From positions 30,628,001 through 30,692,000 of the forward strand of contig CM022670.1 of assembly GCA_012295275.1 (NCBI GenBank): DNA of 64,000 nt, given 5' to 3'. The notes beneath the pieces were generated by a model that was not told the DNA's origin, made no database searches, and saw nothing but the letters and a program-made list of their open reading frames with translations. Made by a program: the position numbers and the translations under genes. Shown here piece after piece: positions 1-18,054 of the stretch (positions are counted from its first letter, which is position 1; each line of letters opens with the position of its first letter). This DNA comes from Chrysomallon squamiferum (lineage: Eukaryota; Animalia; Mollusca).

Positions 1-3000
1 ACAAAAACAAGAATCAGGAAAATATCTTTCAAATCTATCTTCATGATTTAATTACAGTGAAAATCAGTATTAACAATGAAACTGTACACCTAACAAACTA
101 AATTACATGTAATATTTTATAGTCACAAAATAGAAATCGCCTGGTAGATCCCTAATCGCATACATTGCCAAAATAATGTGATACGGGCGTCTTTGTAATG
201 ACTATGTTATCTATCACTAGGCTTCGGCTGTATCAGTCTGTGAGCCACATGTTGTCCAATCCATTAATCACGAGTGATTCCTAGATACATTTCTAAGACG
301 GTACACGCAACTAGATCAAATTGCAACTTTTGAACAAATGACAAAGCAGTCTGACAAGTGATTAGTGTTGAACGAAAGGAATGCCAAACGCAAACAAATA
401 GTCACTTGTACTACTTGAGAACTAAAGCTAATTGTTACCTTTTTATAACACTCTTGATTACTTAGATAAGATATGATAATCCAGATGGGATCACGGTGAG
501 ATATTTATGTAGTACTTTGATGAATTTTTATTAATAAAAACGAAGTTATAAATTTGAAACTAAAAAGAAATAATTATTTCTTTAATAAAATTGAAATAAA
601 ATAAAATAAAATAAAATAAAAAAGTTAAAATTAATTCATAAAAATAAGAAACACAAACATAATAAGATTAAGACGAAGAAGAAGAGAAATAATTAGACTG
701 TTTTGTTTCCATAATTATCTTACATTTAATCATAGTAAATTGTTGGTTCTGAATACATAATCACAATCTGTAAAGGATTTATTAAAATGTATCTGTACAT
801 TTAACCGCCGTTCATCCGTCCGCTCATCATTCATCGCTATCTGTCTGTCGCTGTTTGTTAGTCTATCTGTCTATATATCTGTCTGTCTGTTTATCTACCA
901 ATCTATCTACACACTTATATTGAAAGTTATTTAAATTTTTATGTTCATATTTTTGCTCGGAACTGTTATAAGCCTTTGATGGTTTCACAATATAGCATCA
1001 TTCTTTTAAATTTGTTTATCTTTCGTTTTCTTGTATTTCTGGTTTTGTTTCCTACATTTTCTCTTTTTTTTTCATATTTTTAGTCTTGACATTAGACACG
1101 ACCTCAGGAAATACAATCAGATTCTATTAGTTCTTTCAAAATTAACTTTCAAGCTTTCGTGACTTTTTATAAATAACATTATTCGCGAGATAAATCAATA
1201 ATATATATAACAACAATTTACTGTAATACCATTTTGGGCCACTGCATAGCTTAACGATTTTAAATATCCTTAAATATATTTATATGAAATGATTCAATTG
1301 CCCACTGACCCAGAAAATGGTTCTTCTAGTGACCTGCTATATATGTAAAACAGTTTGAATTCGGGCTTGTAAATCAGCAGCAGGATAATCACTTGAAGTT
1401 ATTCGAGAATAAATAGGACTGGGACTGGAAGACATCCGATTTAGAAACACTGAGGAATCGTTTGAGAATTAACATTGGCGATGCGGTGTTGGCGTGTAAT
1501 GTTCTTTATTGGAAGGTGAGGAGATGGCGCTTAGAAGGAAATTTTTATGTAATTTGTATATCGAGTGCTATTCATGGAAGATTAGTTAGTTACACTTAAA
1601 GAAACAAATTATGTTGTAGATTAGCCAATGCGTTTTTCATATATGATGTTTCCTTATATGTTACTAGGCTTATTTTATACATTTTTTCTGCGTTTAAATA
1701 TAGTTCAAAATACTTACATTCGTACATGCTTACACTCGTACATCCACGGTTAAAATCTTATAGAAAAGTTGTAAATATGTGTTGCTTAATGCACTTCATA
1801 TTCCTGATATCTGATAAGTAGTGTCAGTTATTTTTATTTAACATCTGCATCGATAAGGCATTCACATTTTAAATCAGGAAGAAAAACAGAGGACTGAATG
1901 ATTTTTTCCCTACATATATAAGATTTTAAAAAAAGAATCGCAAAAAAGGATTCAGATTTTCGATATAATAAAATATAAAAGATAAATGATTAAAAAAGAT
2001 CTGAGCATTTAACGATTGATAACTTTTTCTACTTTTACAGTCAGCTCTTTATTTATAGCCTTCTTAAGATACATTTCAAAGATATAAAGTTATTGTCATT
2101 TTCGAGATTTTGCTTGACTTAACATTTATCTGATCGATTTCAGTTAAAAATTAAGAATGCTTAAACTTAGTCGAAAGCAACAGTTCACATAGCAGAAATA
2201 CTAAACCAAATACCATGAATAACATGTTGTTATAATTATATTAATTGTTGTATATACATATTCCAAAAACTAAGCCTAATTGTAAATAAAGTTCAGTTCA
2301 GTCATTTAACTAAATAAACTCATTCACTTGTTTTACTTCAGATTCTGCCATGCTGCACAGAAGAAAAACAAATAGAGATTCAATTATTAATATCAGATCA
2401 ATAAATCAGGCAATGCTAATCATGCTGCATGTTAATGCTGTATACTGGCTGTTGACAAAAGATAACGAAGTCATCCAGTGCTCGAACAGTTTAAAGCTGT
2501 TGTTTTTAAAATTATATTTAGTGACATCATTAAACATATTGATTAATATTTTTATCAGTAGCAGCAATATTAGATATTTCCGTAAAACTGTTCTTTTCAG
2601 ATAAATCTGCAATTTCTTTTTAATATATATTATTATTATTTTTTTTTTTAATGCAATAAAGATCTTTTATATAAGGCTTTCTACATAGAAAGGAAGCACG
2701 AACCAAATCATTTAATGCCGGTTTTAGGGTTTCTGTTTGGAGTTATATGTTAGAAAGGTGTGATCTGCTCCACATCTTACAGCTGTTAACAGCTCTGTCC
2801 ACAAGAAAACCCACACCATTATTTCAACAGCAAAAAATCACATAATCAGATGTTTATCTAAAACTGGATCAGATACAGAAAGTGGCGTTATTCATGACAC
2901 GTGCATGTATATTTTTTGAGGGGGCGTTTTGTGGGTGGTTAGGGTTGAAAAGTATCATAGATCATCAGTGTAAATACGTATATGGAAATAATTATAATGT

Positions 3001-3602
3001 ACGCATGCCCAGTGAGATTTTGACCAAGTCTAACCAGAGTTCTTGGACATGTTTTCAAGGGATGATAAACATCACATGTTTATCAATGTTCTGTTTATTG
3101 TTAGTTTTGTTGAACAGCGTCCTTTAATCTTCATATAAAAATGGTAAGTAAACTTGATGTAGCTTAAGTACAGGCAGTTAGCGGGAGTCAGTATAATGAG
3201 TAATGCATGCTTATGTTTGTTAATTGACAAGTGTTTATAATCTAGATAACTTCTATAATGCTATATAAACACTGCACGCAATCTGTGTTAATACGGAGTG
3301 TAGATAAATTTACTGCTTAGAAACGGTTCTGTCCCATCTGTTCGAAACCCTTCATGTCGAAGTCATAAATAAATCACTAATCCCATTCACGGTACTCAAA
3401 TAAGACAATGGACTAGGACACAGGGTTGAGTGTCGTCCCATCCTGTCAAATTCCATGTACCGGCCACAGAGGAATAACAAAACAAATTGAATTTGCGTAT
3501 TTGTGTATTTAATATTCAAGCACTATATTCAGAAATAGTATTATTCAAAGTTCAAGCACTATATTCAGGGATACTGTGTTCAGATACACTATGATCAGCC
3601 GA

Positions 3603-3902
3603 GTTACGAAGTTCAAGTTTCACGAGGTGTCCAACCGCATCAAGGTAGTGGAGAGGTGCCTTGGCTTCAGCCTGCAACTGTCTCTTGAGACGTCCTAGCC
3701 GGTTGACACATTCCCTGTACATTCGCTTCCTGGATGGAGCTGCACCTCCAAACTGGAACTGAATCCTTTTGGCCCGCTCTGCCTTCTCGATTCCTTGGAT
3801 AAGGTCTACACACTTGTAGATGTTGGGGTGCTGGTGGGGTAGAGCTCTGTTGAGCCTTCAATGGAACCCTTCCAAGTTGTTATTTGTCCTGGGTCCTGTG
3901 GT
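3603..3902 (-). mobile_element. Degenerate Mutator-like (MULE) transposase C-terminal fragment
   Basis: Minus strand reads GPRTNNNLEGFH*RLNRALPHQHPNIYKCVDLIQGIEK...RLGRLKRQL...LHYLDAVGHLVKL. RTNNxxEGxHxxLN...HPNIY is the motif around the catalytic Glu of animal MULE transposases. In-frame TGA at 3858-3860. GC-richer than the flanks; no TIRs identified. Confidence 0.8.
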
Positions 3903-4399
3903 GGCCGAGGTCAGTGGTACAATGTACAACTGGTTACACAAACCAGGGCAAGAAGAGAACGTCCCGACCATGTAGATCTTCTCGGCTGCCTGTGGATCTC
4001 TTAGCTGATCGTCGGTTGAAAACACCACCATTTTGTCAGCATCTTCATCTACTAATATTCTAATAAGAAATGTTGACTTCTAATTACGCCCTTTGCTTTC
4101 ATGAGTAGGATTCACCGCACTGGATTAATAAACAAAACAAACCAGAGAAGATTGGATTAATAGGCTAAACAAAACACTGTAAGGCAAGGGAGGATTAACC
4201 AATTTAAAAAATAAAATAAAACAAGACATTGGATGCAACTGAAAATGTTTAGCAAGCCAGGGAACATTTGATCAATAGGCTAAACAAAACAATGTAAAAC
4301 AAAGGAAGACCATGTAGACACAAAACAAATAATACATTTACCGCATTGGATTAACCCATTCAGCAGCGAGGTAGGGTCAGGTTGTTATTTCTGTATTAA

Positions 4400-5007
4400 T
4401 TTCGACAAAATGAGAAATGATTCCAAGAAGCCATTGCTCGTAGAGTAAGTAATTAAGGAGAAAGCGTTAGAGTTAGCCCATGGGCAAACTGCGGCCTGCG
4501 CAGCTTTCTGAGTGGCCCACCTAATTTCACAAGGAATAATAAAATCTACGATTAAATTAGTACCTGTGACCCGCCTGAGGATGAGCCATGTCTCATGTGG
4601 CATGTTTCTCGAAAAAGGTTGCCCATACCTGCGTTAGAGTTTGCTGAAAATTGTGGAGTAGAATGTTTCAAAGCGTCGGGTTGATGACTGGATTCGTTCA
4701 GGCTTAAACACGACCAGCTTCGCAAGTATAGTAAGTGGGGAGCCAGCTGAAATAAGCCACACGGTATCTGATCATGGGAAATCGAAGTTGTCAGAAGTGT
4801 GTGCAAGTGAACAACAACTGAACATTATGGACTTTAATTTTCCATTAATCTGTAAAATCCTTTTTTTTTTCACGTAATAAAATTGGATGCAGTTGAGTAT
4901 TATTGTTTGTTTTTTTCTTTTTTTTCTCGTATATGGAATGTTAATAGATCCTATATATGACCAGTATTGCGAATCCCATGAATGGCCAACATAGACAGGT
5001 TCGACTG
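4400..5007 (+). mobile_element. Decayed Tigger/pogo (CENP-B HTH) DNA transposon remnant
   Basis: About 4598-4752 reads W..SRKRLPIPALEFAENCGVECFKASG**LDSFRLKH/IVSGEPAE, matching the CENP-B/Tc5 HTH pattern (LP...ALEFA..FKASxGWL..F..H...GE), with stops at 4682-4687 and a frameshift. The right end at 5007 (reverse complement CAGTCGAACCTGTCTATGTTGGCCA) looks like a pogo-type TIR; no left TIR found. Confidence 0.65.
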
Positions 5008-7514
5008 TGTGTGTGTGTGTGTATGTGTTTGTGTGTATAGACACACCAAACATACACACATATACACATACATACTCAGACACACACATATATATTATGG
5101 CATACAGGACTTAGACTACTCTGTATTGGAGTTATTACGACAAAGCAGCAAAAGCATACTGCACAGTATCTGAAACAAACATATAAAAAACGATGTACAG
5201 ACACTACTAAAGATGTGATTTAATCGATAAAGAACCCATTCAATCAGTCAGATTTGGCTCGTACTCATTAAAGTGTAAAGACTAATTAAGATAGCAGATA
5301 CGTCAATTATCAATATTTACACGTTTAAACTGCGAGATTCGACAATCCTTTTCCGAAAATGGAAATAATCTACTCTACGACAGAAATCTAAATAAAAACT
5401 AATTAGTTATAGTGGAAAACAAAGAGGGTGTAGAAAATTATCAATAATTAGGATTAGTTTTTATTTATTTATTTAACTTTTGTCTACTGTACAGCGAGAT
5501 AGGAATTCGGAGATTAGGTAGATAGATATTCATTTTTTGTAAATCTAACTAACAATTGTAAAAGTTTCAAAGAAGCCCATTAATAATTGTACAGAAGCAT
5601 ATAAACATTCAAAAACTGAAAATCCATCTTGGTATAGACATTCTCTTGAGGTTAGTACAACCTTCAAGCTTTGCTCAGATAATACTTTTGAAAGTGCACG
5701 ATCATCTTTCAACATTAATGTACATAAAATCTTCACATGTATGCCTTTCTTTGAAGTTTCAAAAGATGGATAATCACTGCTTCCATTTCCTGCAATCCGT
5801 TCTGCAAATGACATGCAACACACGTAAAGTGTCATCCTATTAAAACCTAAACTTCCACATAAATTGAAAGATATCTGTGTCCTACGGTTTACAGAACTTC
5901 AGATACTAGCATTTATAGAACTGATAAATACGTTAATAGATAAGTAAATAAACTAATAAGACATTAAAAGGAGAAATAATTATTACTTAAACGCACAAGC
6001 ATACATATATAGATATAAACAGACAGACAGAGATACATAAATCCAAACACAAATGCACACATATATATATATATACATACATAGTTACATATATAGGTAC
6101 ATGTGATGTAGATGAATCCTAAATATACAAAAACACAGACTCACACATACATACATACATACATACATATTCAGTAATTATCTTCTAAAGATAAAAAAAA
6201 TAAAATAAATAAATTAAATTAAAATAAATAAATAAATAAATAAATAGTAATTTTTGCTGCGGTTCAAAAAGAGCGTCATCTTTGCAAATGATGTCTGAAC
6301 TCATTAATCCAATACGTAATTTGTTTGGAATCTGTCCAGAAACAAAATATAACAGATAATTAGTTATTGCCCGTGACAACTAATTATCCTCTCCACAAGC
6401 CTATTCAAGCGATCTTGTAATTTTATGACTTCCTATTATCAATATATCCAGATATATCTTCCCTTCTACGTTTAAATGAATAGTGCTAAAGAGCAACACA
6501 ATAAATGATGACATTTTCTGTTTTGGGTTTTAGTTACAGATGTCAAACGGGATAAATTCCGTTTTTTTTTTATATGTAAGTTTACATATAAGTATTCCCT
6601 GTCTCACTGTCTGTCTGTATGAATGTAAGTTTTTATATACATATACGTATGTATGTGGGTATATATCCCTTTGTATGTGTGTATGTATGAGTATGTGCAT
6701 ATGTGCGTTTGTATGTGTGCATGTGTTTATGTGTGTATGTATGTGCATATATACATATGTATGTGTGTTTATGTGTATGTATGTGTGTATATGCTTATAT
6801 ATGTATGTATGTATATATCTATGTATGTATGTATTTCTGTCTGTGTGTCTGTTTGTATCCATGTAGGTAAACAGTCATATTTTCACATAACGTATGATTT
6901 TGCTGAACTTTAAGTCATATAATGGATTAATATTTTTCGATAACACAATGCATTTCCGAGAAACATTTGTTAAAAGGTGACAGACTAATTCCCAAAATAC
7001 AGATACTGAACAGCTATTTCGTGTAATGAGGAAGTGTGCTTATCTTTCACATTTCCTAATGAGTTCCCAACACATAACTAGTACATCAAACGTTATGAAG
7101 ACATCATTGCTCTGAAGCTAGTCATACATTCCATAATATTTTGTTATACTTGATGGCTAGTCATAAGAACGTCTTCTTTTTTTCCTTCATCAGAAGTGTC
7201 ATCATACTGTTGATTATTAATGTCTGCAATCAACAGCGGTCTCTTCCTCGAATAATAATTCTCTCGAGACATAATCAATCTCGGCAGCAAAACACGCGAT
7301 GTCTGTCGTGACAGAACTCAACTGAGAAAACGTCTCGGTTTGATAGATATTGTTAGCCAGTTTCAGTTTATTCTTTATAATGACAGTTCAAAATGTTTTT
7401 AAACATTCTAATTAAATGTATTTGACATTTTTTATTTTTTATTTTTTAAGAGAGAGAGAAACTGACAGATAGAAAGATATAGCTAAATATAGATAGTAGA
7501 GAGGTAGATATACA

Positions 7515-7519
<5 letters not shown>

Positions 7520-7603
<84 letters not shown>
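7520..7603. repeat. (AG)n microsatellite
   Basis: Pure AG run of about 84 bp. Confidence 0.95.
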
Positions 7604-7609
<6 letters not shown>

Positions 7610-8822
7610 GAGTTCTAACCATTTTAATTAATCATTAATATTTTAAAGCAATATGCTTGAGTCAGTTTATGTAACTTTTATTCTCTGGAGTTCAGTTGGA
7701 GATTCTGGCAACTTGAATTAAACCATTTACACTTCATCAGTCGCAATGTAGTGAGTTAAACCCATTTTCACGAGGAAGCCCCAAAAGAAATATTTTTTAA
7801 ATTATTCACGTCATTAACATTTATTAAACCTCAGTACCTCACAAACTGATATGTTGATCGACTTTAAAAATAAAAAAAAATAAAATAAAATAACAAATAA
7901 ATAATGAAAAAATAAATATTGAAATTTTTTTAAGGAACATAAAATGAAAATACAAGGAAAACAGACAATCTGTACAATTTACATCAGGAAATGAAAACGT
8001 TCATATTTATAAAAATGTAATTTTAAATTAAAAAAAAAAAAAACAACAAAAAACAACAACACTCAAAACAACAACAAAACAACTACAAAATAACATAACA
8101 TTTTACCAGCAGTATTCTATAATATGTAATAATTTACTCTAAATTTTATTTGTTGATCTTGTTTATTAATATTATTTACAAATATGAGTTATGTAATTTA
8201 AACACATTATTTGGACATTACAAAACAATTAAATTCGCTGACGTATCGCAAGGTCACTGTAATGTTGCCCATCGGAAAATACAGGAAGATTAGCCTCTAA
8301 ACTACTATTACAAAATATTTAGTAAAACCCCCACCACAATACAGTAACGAATTTATGTAAAAGACATCTTTTTGTGATCATCCAGTCTGACTGTTTTGAG
8401 AGAAATTTATTCAGTAAAACTAAGAAGTTTGTTCGTCATAATTAATAGTTTATTAAGAAATTCATTAAGAAAAATTATCATTGAATCAATCATTTTTGTG
8501 GGGTTTGTCGTAGGATGTCTCGTCATTTTCTTCATCATCTTCAGTTTTGAAAGAGAATAATGTAGTTCAATAGTAGGTCGATACTGGGATCTATTTGGTC
8601 GCGGGATCAGTATTTTTTTTTTGTGAACCTATAGGGCTATTTCCTTTTGCAGCCAATCTATCAAATCATCATTAATAAAAAACGTGTATTTTTCACCAAA
8701 TAATCGTTTCTATTAGAAAACGTTGAGTTGTCATTAACTGTTCATTCCATTTGTTAATTTAGAATCTTTGTTTAATTTTTTCTCTACCTTCATAAAACAA
8801 TATATCTTTCTTCTTACTGCAA

Positions 8823-8854
<32 letters not shown>

Positions 8855-10266
8855 ATAATAATAATAATAATAAAAGAAAAAAAAAGGAAAAAAAAAAAAA
8901 AAAAAAGCCTTAAAAGAAAAGAAACCAACAATTGAAAAATCTTAAATCCAATCTTCATGAGGATAATATTCTATCTTTACAAGAAACAAAACACAGACTA
9001 TTCCTGTACACTTCCTTATCATTAAAACCAAAACAGGACCGGTAATTAAAGGATTTATTTTTATTTTTTTTCATCTGGGTTTTAGTGTTAATTTAAATAG
9101 ATTTATGGCAGCGGCTTCGTAATAGTTATATTAAAAAGCGAAATGGAACATAGCTATGAACGGTATCTAAAATTACTGGTGTACATCAAATTACATTACA
9201 GAAGATTATTAGCAAATCACAGGTGTTTTATTCATTTAATTATTGGCAGACAGAGATGGAGGATTCGCACAGACGTTATTGAATAGCTATCGTAAAAGTA
9301 AAACACAGGATTAGCTAGATATAGAAATACATTAGTAAGCTAATAGAAATTATCTCATTTGTTCTGCTTGAAGCAAAAATAATTTCTTGTTGCTTAAATT
9401 CACTGTGCCATTATCACCGTTTTTCCATTCATTTTGTTCTTCATGTACTAATTATGTTTTGCATTATCTATGTAAGTTTATATTAAAATATATATTAAAT
9501 CTGTAATATGATTTCTATATTCCCAGTGACTGAAAACGAAGTTTAAGACTAGTTAATGAACTTCTTTAACAAGAATACATAAAAATGGAATTCCTATTTT
9601 TTAAGACGGTATTAGTTGTATTAGTAATGGTAATAATAATAATTCTGTTGTGATCATTACTACTGCTGCTATTACTACTGCGACTACTACTACTATTGCT
9701 GCTTCTGCTTCTGTTGGTATAACTGCTGCTATTTCAATTATTTATACTAACACTCATACATTACATAGCATTACTGGCAGTAAACAAAATACTGTTCATA
9801 CTTTACTACGACTGTTATTTTTATTATCAATGCTACTATGAATTCTACAACTATCTCTGCTATCGTTTGTATTACTAGTACTACTTCCAGAGGTATTAGT
9901 ACTATTTCTGCTACAACTATTACTGTTTACTGCTATTATTAATATTACCTCTACTACTACTAATATTACTACTGTCATTACTTTTACTATCAGTTCAGTA
10001 ATTATAGTACTTATGTTCTCGCTGCTACATTTAGTCTGCACTTACGTCTACTACAATATTATTATTTTAGTACTGATAATTCAGTAACTAGTACTTCTGC
10101 TTTCGCTACTGATGTCTCTATGCACTGTACTAATAACAGATAGAAATACTAGATTATCTACATATATCTAGTTGTCAGAAATTACAGGCGATATTTTATA
10201 GTAATTATAAAACCGTGTGAAAGAACTTACCTTAATTTCATTTTAATTTTCTGTTTTTTTTTCCAG

Positions 10267-13128
<2,862 letters not shown>

Positions 13129-14207
13129 TGATTTTTGAAATTGAAAATATTATTATTTCCTTCTTTCTATCTTTCTTTCTTTTCTTTTCTTTTTCTTTTA
13201 TTTATTTATTTATTAACAAATTTTTTAATTATTTTTTAATTAATATTTTAATTTTATTTTATTTTATTTTGAACTTGATTGAAAAAAATAAAAAATAAAG
13301 TTATATAAATCGATTTAAACACTTCATTTATTAACTATTCTTAGTCAAATGATTATGAGATAATGGGCATATGATCGGGTTTAATTTCGTAAAAATTATT
13401 TAGTCTGCTGAAGATGATATGAAATTAAGTACCAAAGAAATAAAACGGTTTCTAATTTGAAATTTTATTTTATTTACTTTAAAACAAATACACACAAAGT
13501 AAAAAATAATATGTGTATGTGTGCGTGTTGTTTGTATATGTGTATGTTTGGTATGTATTTATAAGGATGCTTGTGTGTATTTATGTATTAAGGAATTTGC
13601 GTGTGTGTGTATGTTTGTGTGTTTGAGTGTGTCTGTGGTGGGTGGACGCGTGTTTTGGTTAGTATGTGTGTGCATGTTTGTGCGCGCGCGCGCGATTCCT
13701 TCTCTATAACGTTATTGGTGGGCAGTGGATCGGGTGTTTGTACGTGGGTGTTGAAACATTCATATAAAAAAGACAGGAAAAACAGTTACGCTGTTGTTGT
13801 TATTATGACGTTTTGAAAATCCTCTCATTTCCTCTTTTGTTAGCAAATTAGTAAAGATGAGGAAAAAGCGTACTAAATGTACAGAAAAAAAAAAATATAT
13901 ATATATTTTCCGTGTCTCATAACAAAAATATTTATTGATATGTACATTAAATCAATTTTTTCTTTGTTTAGGTTGAGTAGTTTGTTGTGTTTATATTTTG
14001 AGCCCATTATTTTATTTTATATGACATAATATAATATATTGATAGAATATTCACTTTTTTAATGAAAATGGGTTTTTTTTACCAGTTAATTGAATTAATA
14101 TCATCTTAAACATTTTTAAAAGAATTAAATTATTCATTTCTCTGGTAGATTTAATCAATCAATCTTGGAAATACAAACAAGAGCAAAAACAAAAAAAACA
14201 GTCAGAA

Positions 14208-14246
<39 letters not shown>

Positions 14247-15646
14247 AAAAACATTAAGACAGGTTATTAGGTTTTATTAAAAAATTACGTATTTTTTCAT
14301 CAATTAAAATCAAGGACATATAAACAAAGGCAGGGAAATATATACTACGACCTATTAAAAAAATAATAATAAAGGAAAAAAAAAAGAGAAGAAAAAAGAA
14401 AGAAAAAGAAGAAAATATTAAAAAACAGTTGAAAGTCATTGGATAAAATACGAAACAGCCAAAAATATAAATAAATATATTTACACACACACACACACAC
14501 ACAAAAACACACACACAAAAAAAACAAAAAAAAAAAACATTCTTGTATATGGGGAACTTGCTGGAGGGGTAATTACGAGGAAATAAGAATTGTGTATAAG
14601 CTGCAATAGTATTTACATAAACGTAAATCCAAACATGCTGATTTTAAAGCATTTTTTGCAGCATTAATAATAAATAACATTTTCTGAAAGCCCAAACAAT
14701 GAATAAACTGAACAATCATTTATTTTCGCAAACAACAAAATTTAAATATATTCAAATCTGGCGGACAAGAAATACTGAAAAACACAATAAAAATATATAA
14801 AGCATCAGTTTTTGTCTTTTTTTCATGAGAATCTTGTTTTCGATTAAAGATAATGGTCAGTGAAATTCTGAAGGGTGTATTATTTTTCTTATTTATTCTT
14901 AACTAACTTCTATTATTATTTATTTAAAAATCTAAAGTTAATCAAATCTAATAATAATAAAATAAAAGCACAGAAAAACATCTGTCTTTAACCGTCATGC
15001 AAAATATTTGTTTCCCATTGGAATAAGGTAGCAAGGGAAACAACTCAAGAACGAATTGTCTTATTATCTATCCAAACTTCATTTACATAATATCTACATT
15101 AAATGCTTATTTTTAAAAATCTTATTTAAACTTAGAAGTTAATTAACAATAATAACAATACCAATATTTAAAAATTAAAAATAATAATGAAAAAGAGATA
15201 TACATTCTGAATTATAAATAAAAGACATTATAAACGTACGTTTAATGTAACATTATTAGTCTAAATATTAAATGAACGATAACTCTTGTGTGTAACTCTT
15301 GTGTGTAACATGTGTTATAAAAAAAAATTATTACCTGATAAAACACAGAGAATACATTTTCTATTAAATCTTAAAAGTATAATACTTGTAAAATCATGAT
15401 ATTAGTTTAGTTAAAATCTATTTTCATATGCAAAGATTAAAATGTGATAAGTGCGACTAATTAATGGAAAGTGTTTTAATAACTAATCTTTACAATAATA
15501 ACAACAACAACAACAATAATAATTAGATTAAAACAAAATAAATCATAGAAATTCAGAATTATAATAAGCCGTTTTGTAAATTAGCCACATATTTTAGTTT
15601 TCGAAGATTTTCATTTGTCGTTCCTCTGTCTTGTATTGCAGATTCT

Positions 15647-16146
15647 TTATTTATGTAACATCGCGCCTCGTTTCCATTTTGACAGTGCAGTTTTCTGTCT
15701 CAGAAGGGCGCTACCAAAGTTGCTGGAATCGTTTGTGGTGGTGTCGTTGCCATCTGAAGTTCGGATTCCTTCATCCCAGACGTCTTCTTCCGTCTGAATT
15801 TCCATTTTCTGCATAATCATTCGCAGCAGTTGGTGGTTTTTCTCAATAGTCGTAGTCATTTCCTTAATCCTGGGAAACAATTAACCCGTTAAATGTTTTT
15901 TGAGTGTTGTTATGAGATTAAATTTGTCGTGATGTTATTCCATGTATTTGCTAAAATAAGATCACCCCGGAATGCTATCAACTGCTATTAAAGTATTAAA
16001 TTTTGTTAATGAGTCGATGAAAAGATTGAAATAAATGTGGAATTATATCGTACAAAGTCGATTTAAAACTAATATAATGTAGATGAATAAGAAAACTAAA
16101 TGTTTTAGAACACATTCCTGAACATACATTATATACATACATACGC

Positions 16147-16190
<44 letters not shown>

Positions 16191-17220
16191 GTAGTTAGAG
16201 AAATTTATTATTAAATCTTCCAGTGTCATAAAATTATTGTTAACCTTAGTTTTTGTTTGTAGAGTTCGCCAAAGAGAAGAGGTTGATGAGTGAAATCGTC
16301 ATTACCGGACGGTGAATCATTATTACCGTTTGTGAATTTAGTCCAAAGCTGAAAAAAAAAAGAATACAAAAATTCCATTTATATCTTTCTTTTCAGTGAC
16401 ATTTTATAAGTTTTGTGGCCGAACTGAAGCTATTTTGTAAAATTGGTGTTTTCGACAGAAGAGTTTGAAAAATAGGTAAATCTTAAATTAGAAGACTGGT
16501 TTGATAGTGGTACATTTTTATTAGCTATCTGAAACAACCCTTTTGTTTTAAGAAAATTGTTGACTCTGTCTGAAAAATAAATTAATAATATTGTTTAAAC
16601 CTTATTTACGTAGTAACATGAAATAACAACTAAAACTTATTATAATTTTTCAGGCAATCTTTAATATTGACATCAGTATTAAGTATCATTTAATAATCAG
16701 GTCTGAGATGTAATACTGTAATTTTACTTACGTTGTGCAGCACTGATGCACAAGTGTTAGGATATATCCTCTGTGTTTCTCTATCTATTTTTGCCAACAC
16801 GCATGTCGGCATTTTGCGTTCTATGTCTGTATGTAGTTCAACCTGTGTATTTAATAATAAACCATCTATTAAGATTTATAGTGACAATATACTTGCCTAA
16901 TTGATTGTCACACACACAACCACACAGAGAGAATGACAGAGAAACATACACTAAATACACAAACAGTCTCATATTTTATTATTCTTCATCTTCTTGTTGT
17001 TATTGTTATTAATATTATTATTACTGTTGTTATTATTATTATTTTCAAATAGTATTATAAAAGCTAGTTAAAAAAAAAGTGTACACATAATATGTTCAGG
17101 AACTAACATTAACTAATATTGCTACAGGAAAATATTTGATATTAACTTTAGTAATTAAATTTCATTACTACAAAAAAGAAGCTAAAATTATTAATTAATA
17201 ACAATAATTTGAACCATTTT

Positions 17221-17281
<61 letters not shown>

Positions 17282-18007
17282 TAAAAAGGAAAATCTAACT
17301 AACAACTTCAATATACAAAATAGATAAAAAAATAAACCTGCATGGCCAGTCTTTTGAGTCTTGCATCTCTCTGTACAGCTACGATATCACCAACAGCCAA
17401 ACCAATCTATACAATACAACGAAAATTTACCTTTGTTTTGTTTTACTATTAATTATTTTAGTAGACATATATAGCAATAAAATAATTTTGTCTTAAAAAA
17501 GGATACCGCCTACAACGATTGTTAGCATAGCAAAGATAGTTGTTATTTATGATATTTACACAATCTAAATATTTTGCTAATTGTTTATATATATATATGT
17601 CGTAAATTATTGTTTAATACATATTTGTTTCATGCTTCAAACTAATTTTAGTCATGGAAAATAATAATTCTTATCTCTTGCTGCTATTATGTTTATGCGG
17701 ACAAATCTAGGAAGTCTGCTAATGTCTTAATCCGTGTAAGCTGCATATGCAATACTTGAGTGTAACTGAATTAACTAGTTTCATTCATAGTTAATAATAC
17801 AGTACCAGAAGATTCATCAGAAGGATTGGCATGAGGAGTATGAAGACAGCGAGGAAGGCCATTGTGAGATTTCCGAAGTGAAGAGTTCTGGCAGAGTCAT
17901 CATTGTAAGGTCCATTGAATGTGTCCATATAGTCCAGCTCCAGCATCATAGTAGCAGTCCGAAAGAATGCCAGGCCAGGATTGCGGTATGCCTTGCTTTC
18001 CTTCAGA

Positions 18008-18054
<47 letters not shown>

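Noticed and set aside
3667-3861. ORF-track 64-aa minus ORF (MKAQQSSTPP...)
   Set aside because: Wrong frame of the MULE transposase relic.
5545-5835. 96-aa minus ORF
   Set aside because: No recognisable motif, no ATG start and no convincing splice context.
6530-6913. Cys/Val/Tyr- and His/Thr-rich ORFs here and at 13521-13816, 33756-34102, 58531-58967
   Set aside because: Translations of (TG)n/(TATG)n low-complexity DNA.
7140-7340. Slightly GC-richer patch with short acidic reading frames on the minus strand
   Set aside because: Might be a decayed element, but no family motif could be identified.
9650-10130. Thr/Ser/Ala-rich ORFs
   Set aside because: Degenerate (TAC/TGC)n repeat region, not coding.
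1-10266. Search for the GPCR TM1-TM2 exon (GNxxV...TNxFxxSLAxxD)
   Set aside because: No matching reading frame recognised by eye; it probably lies upstream of the window.
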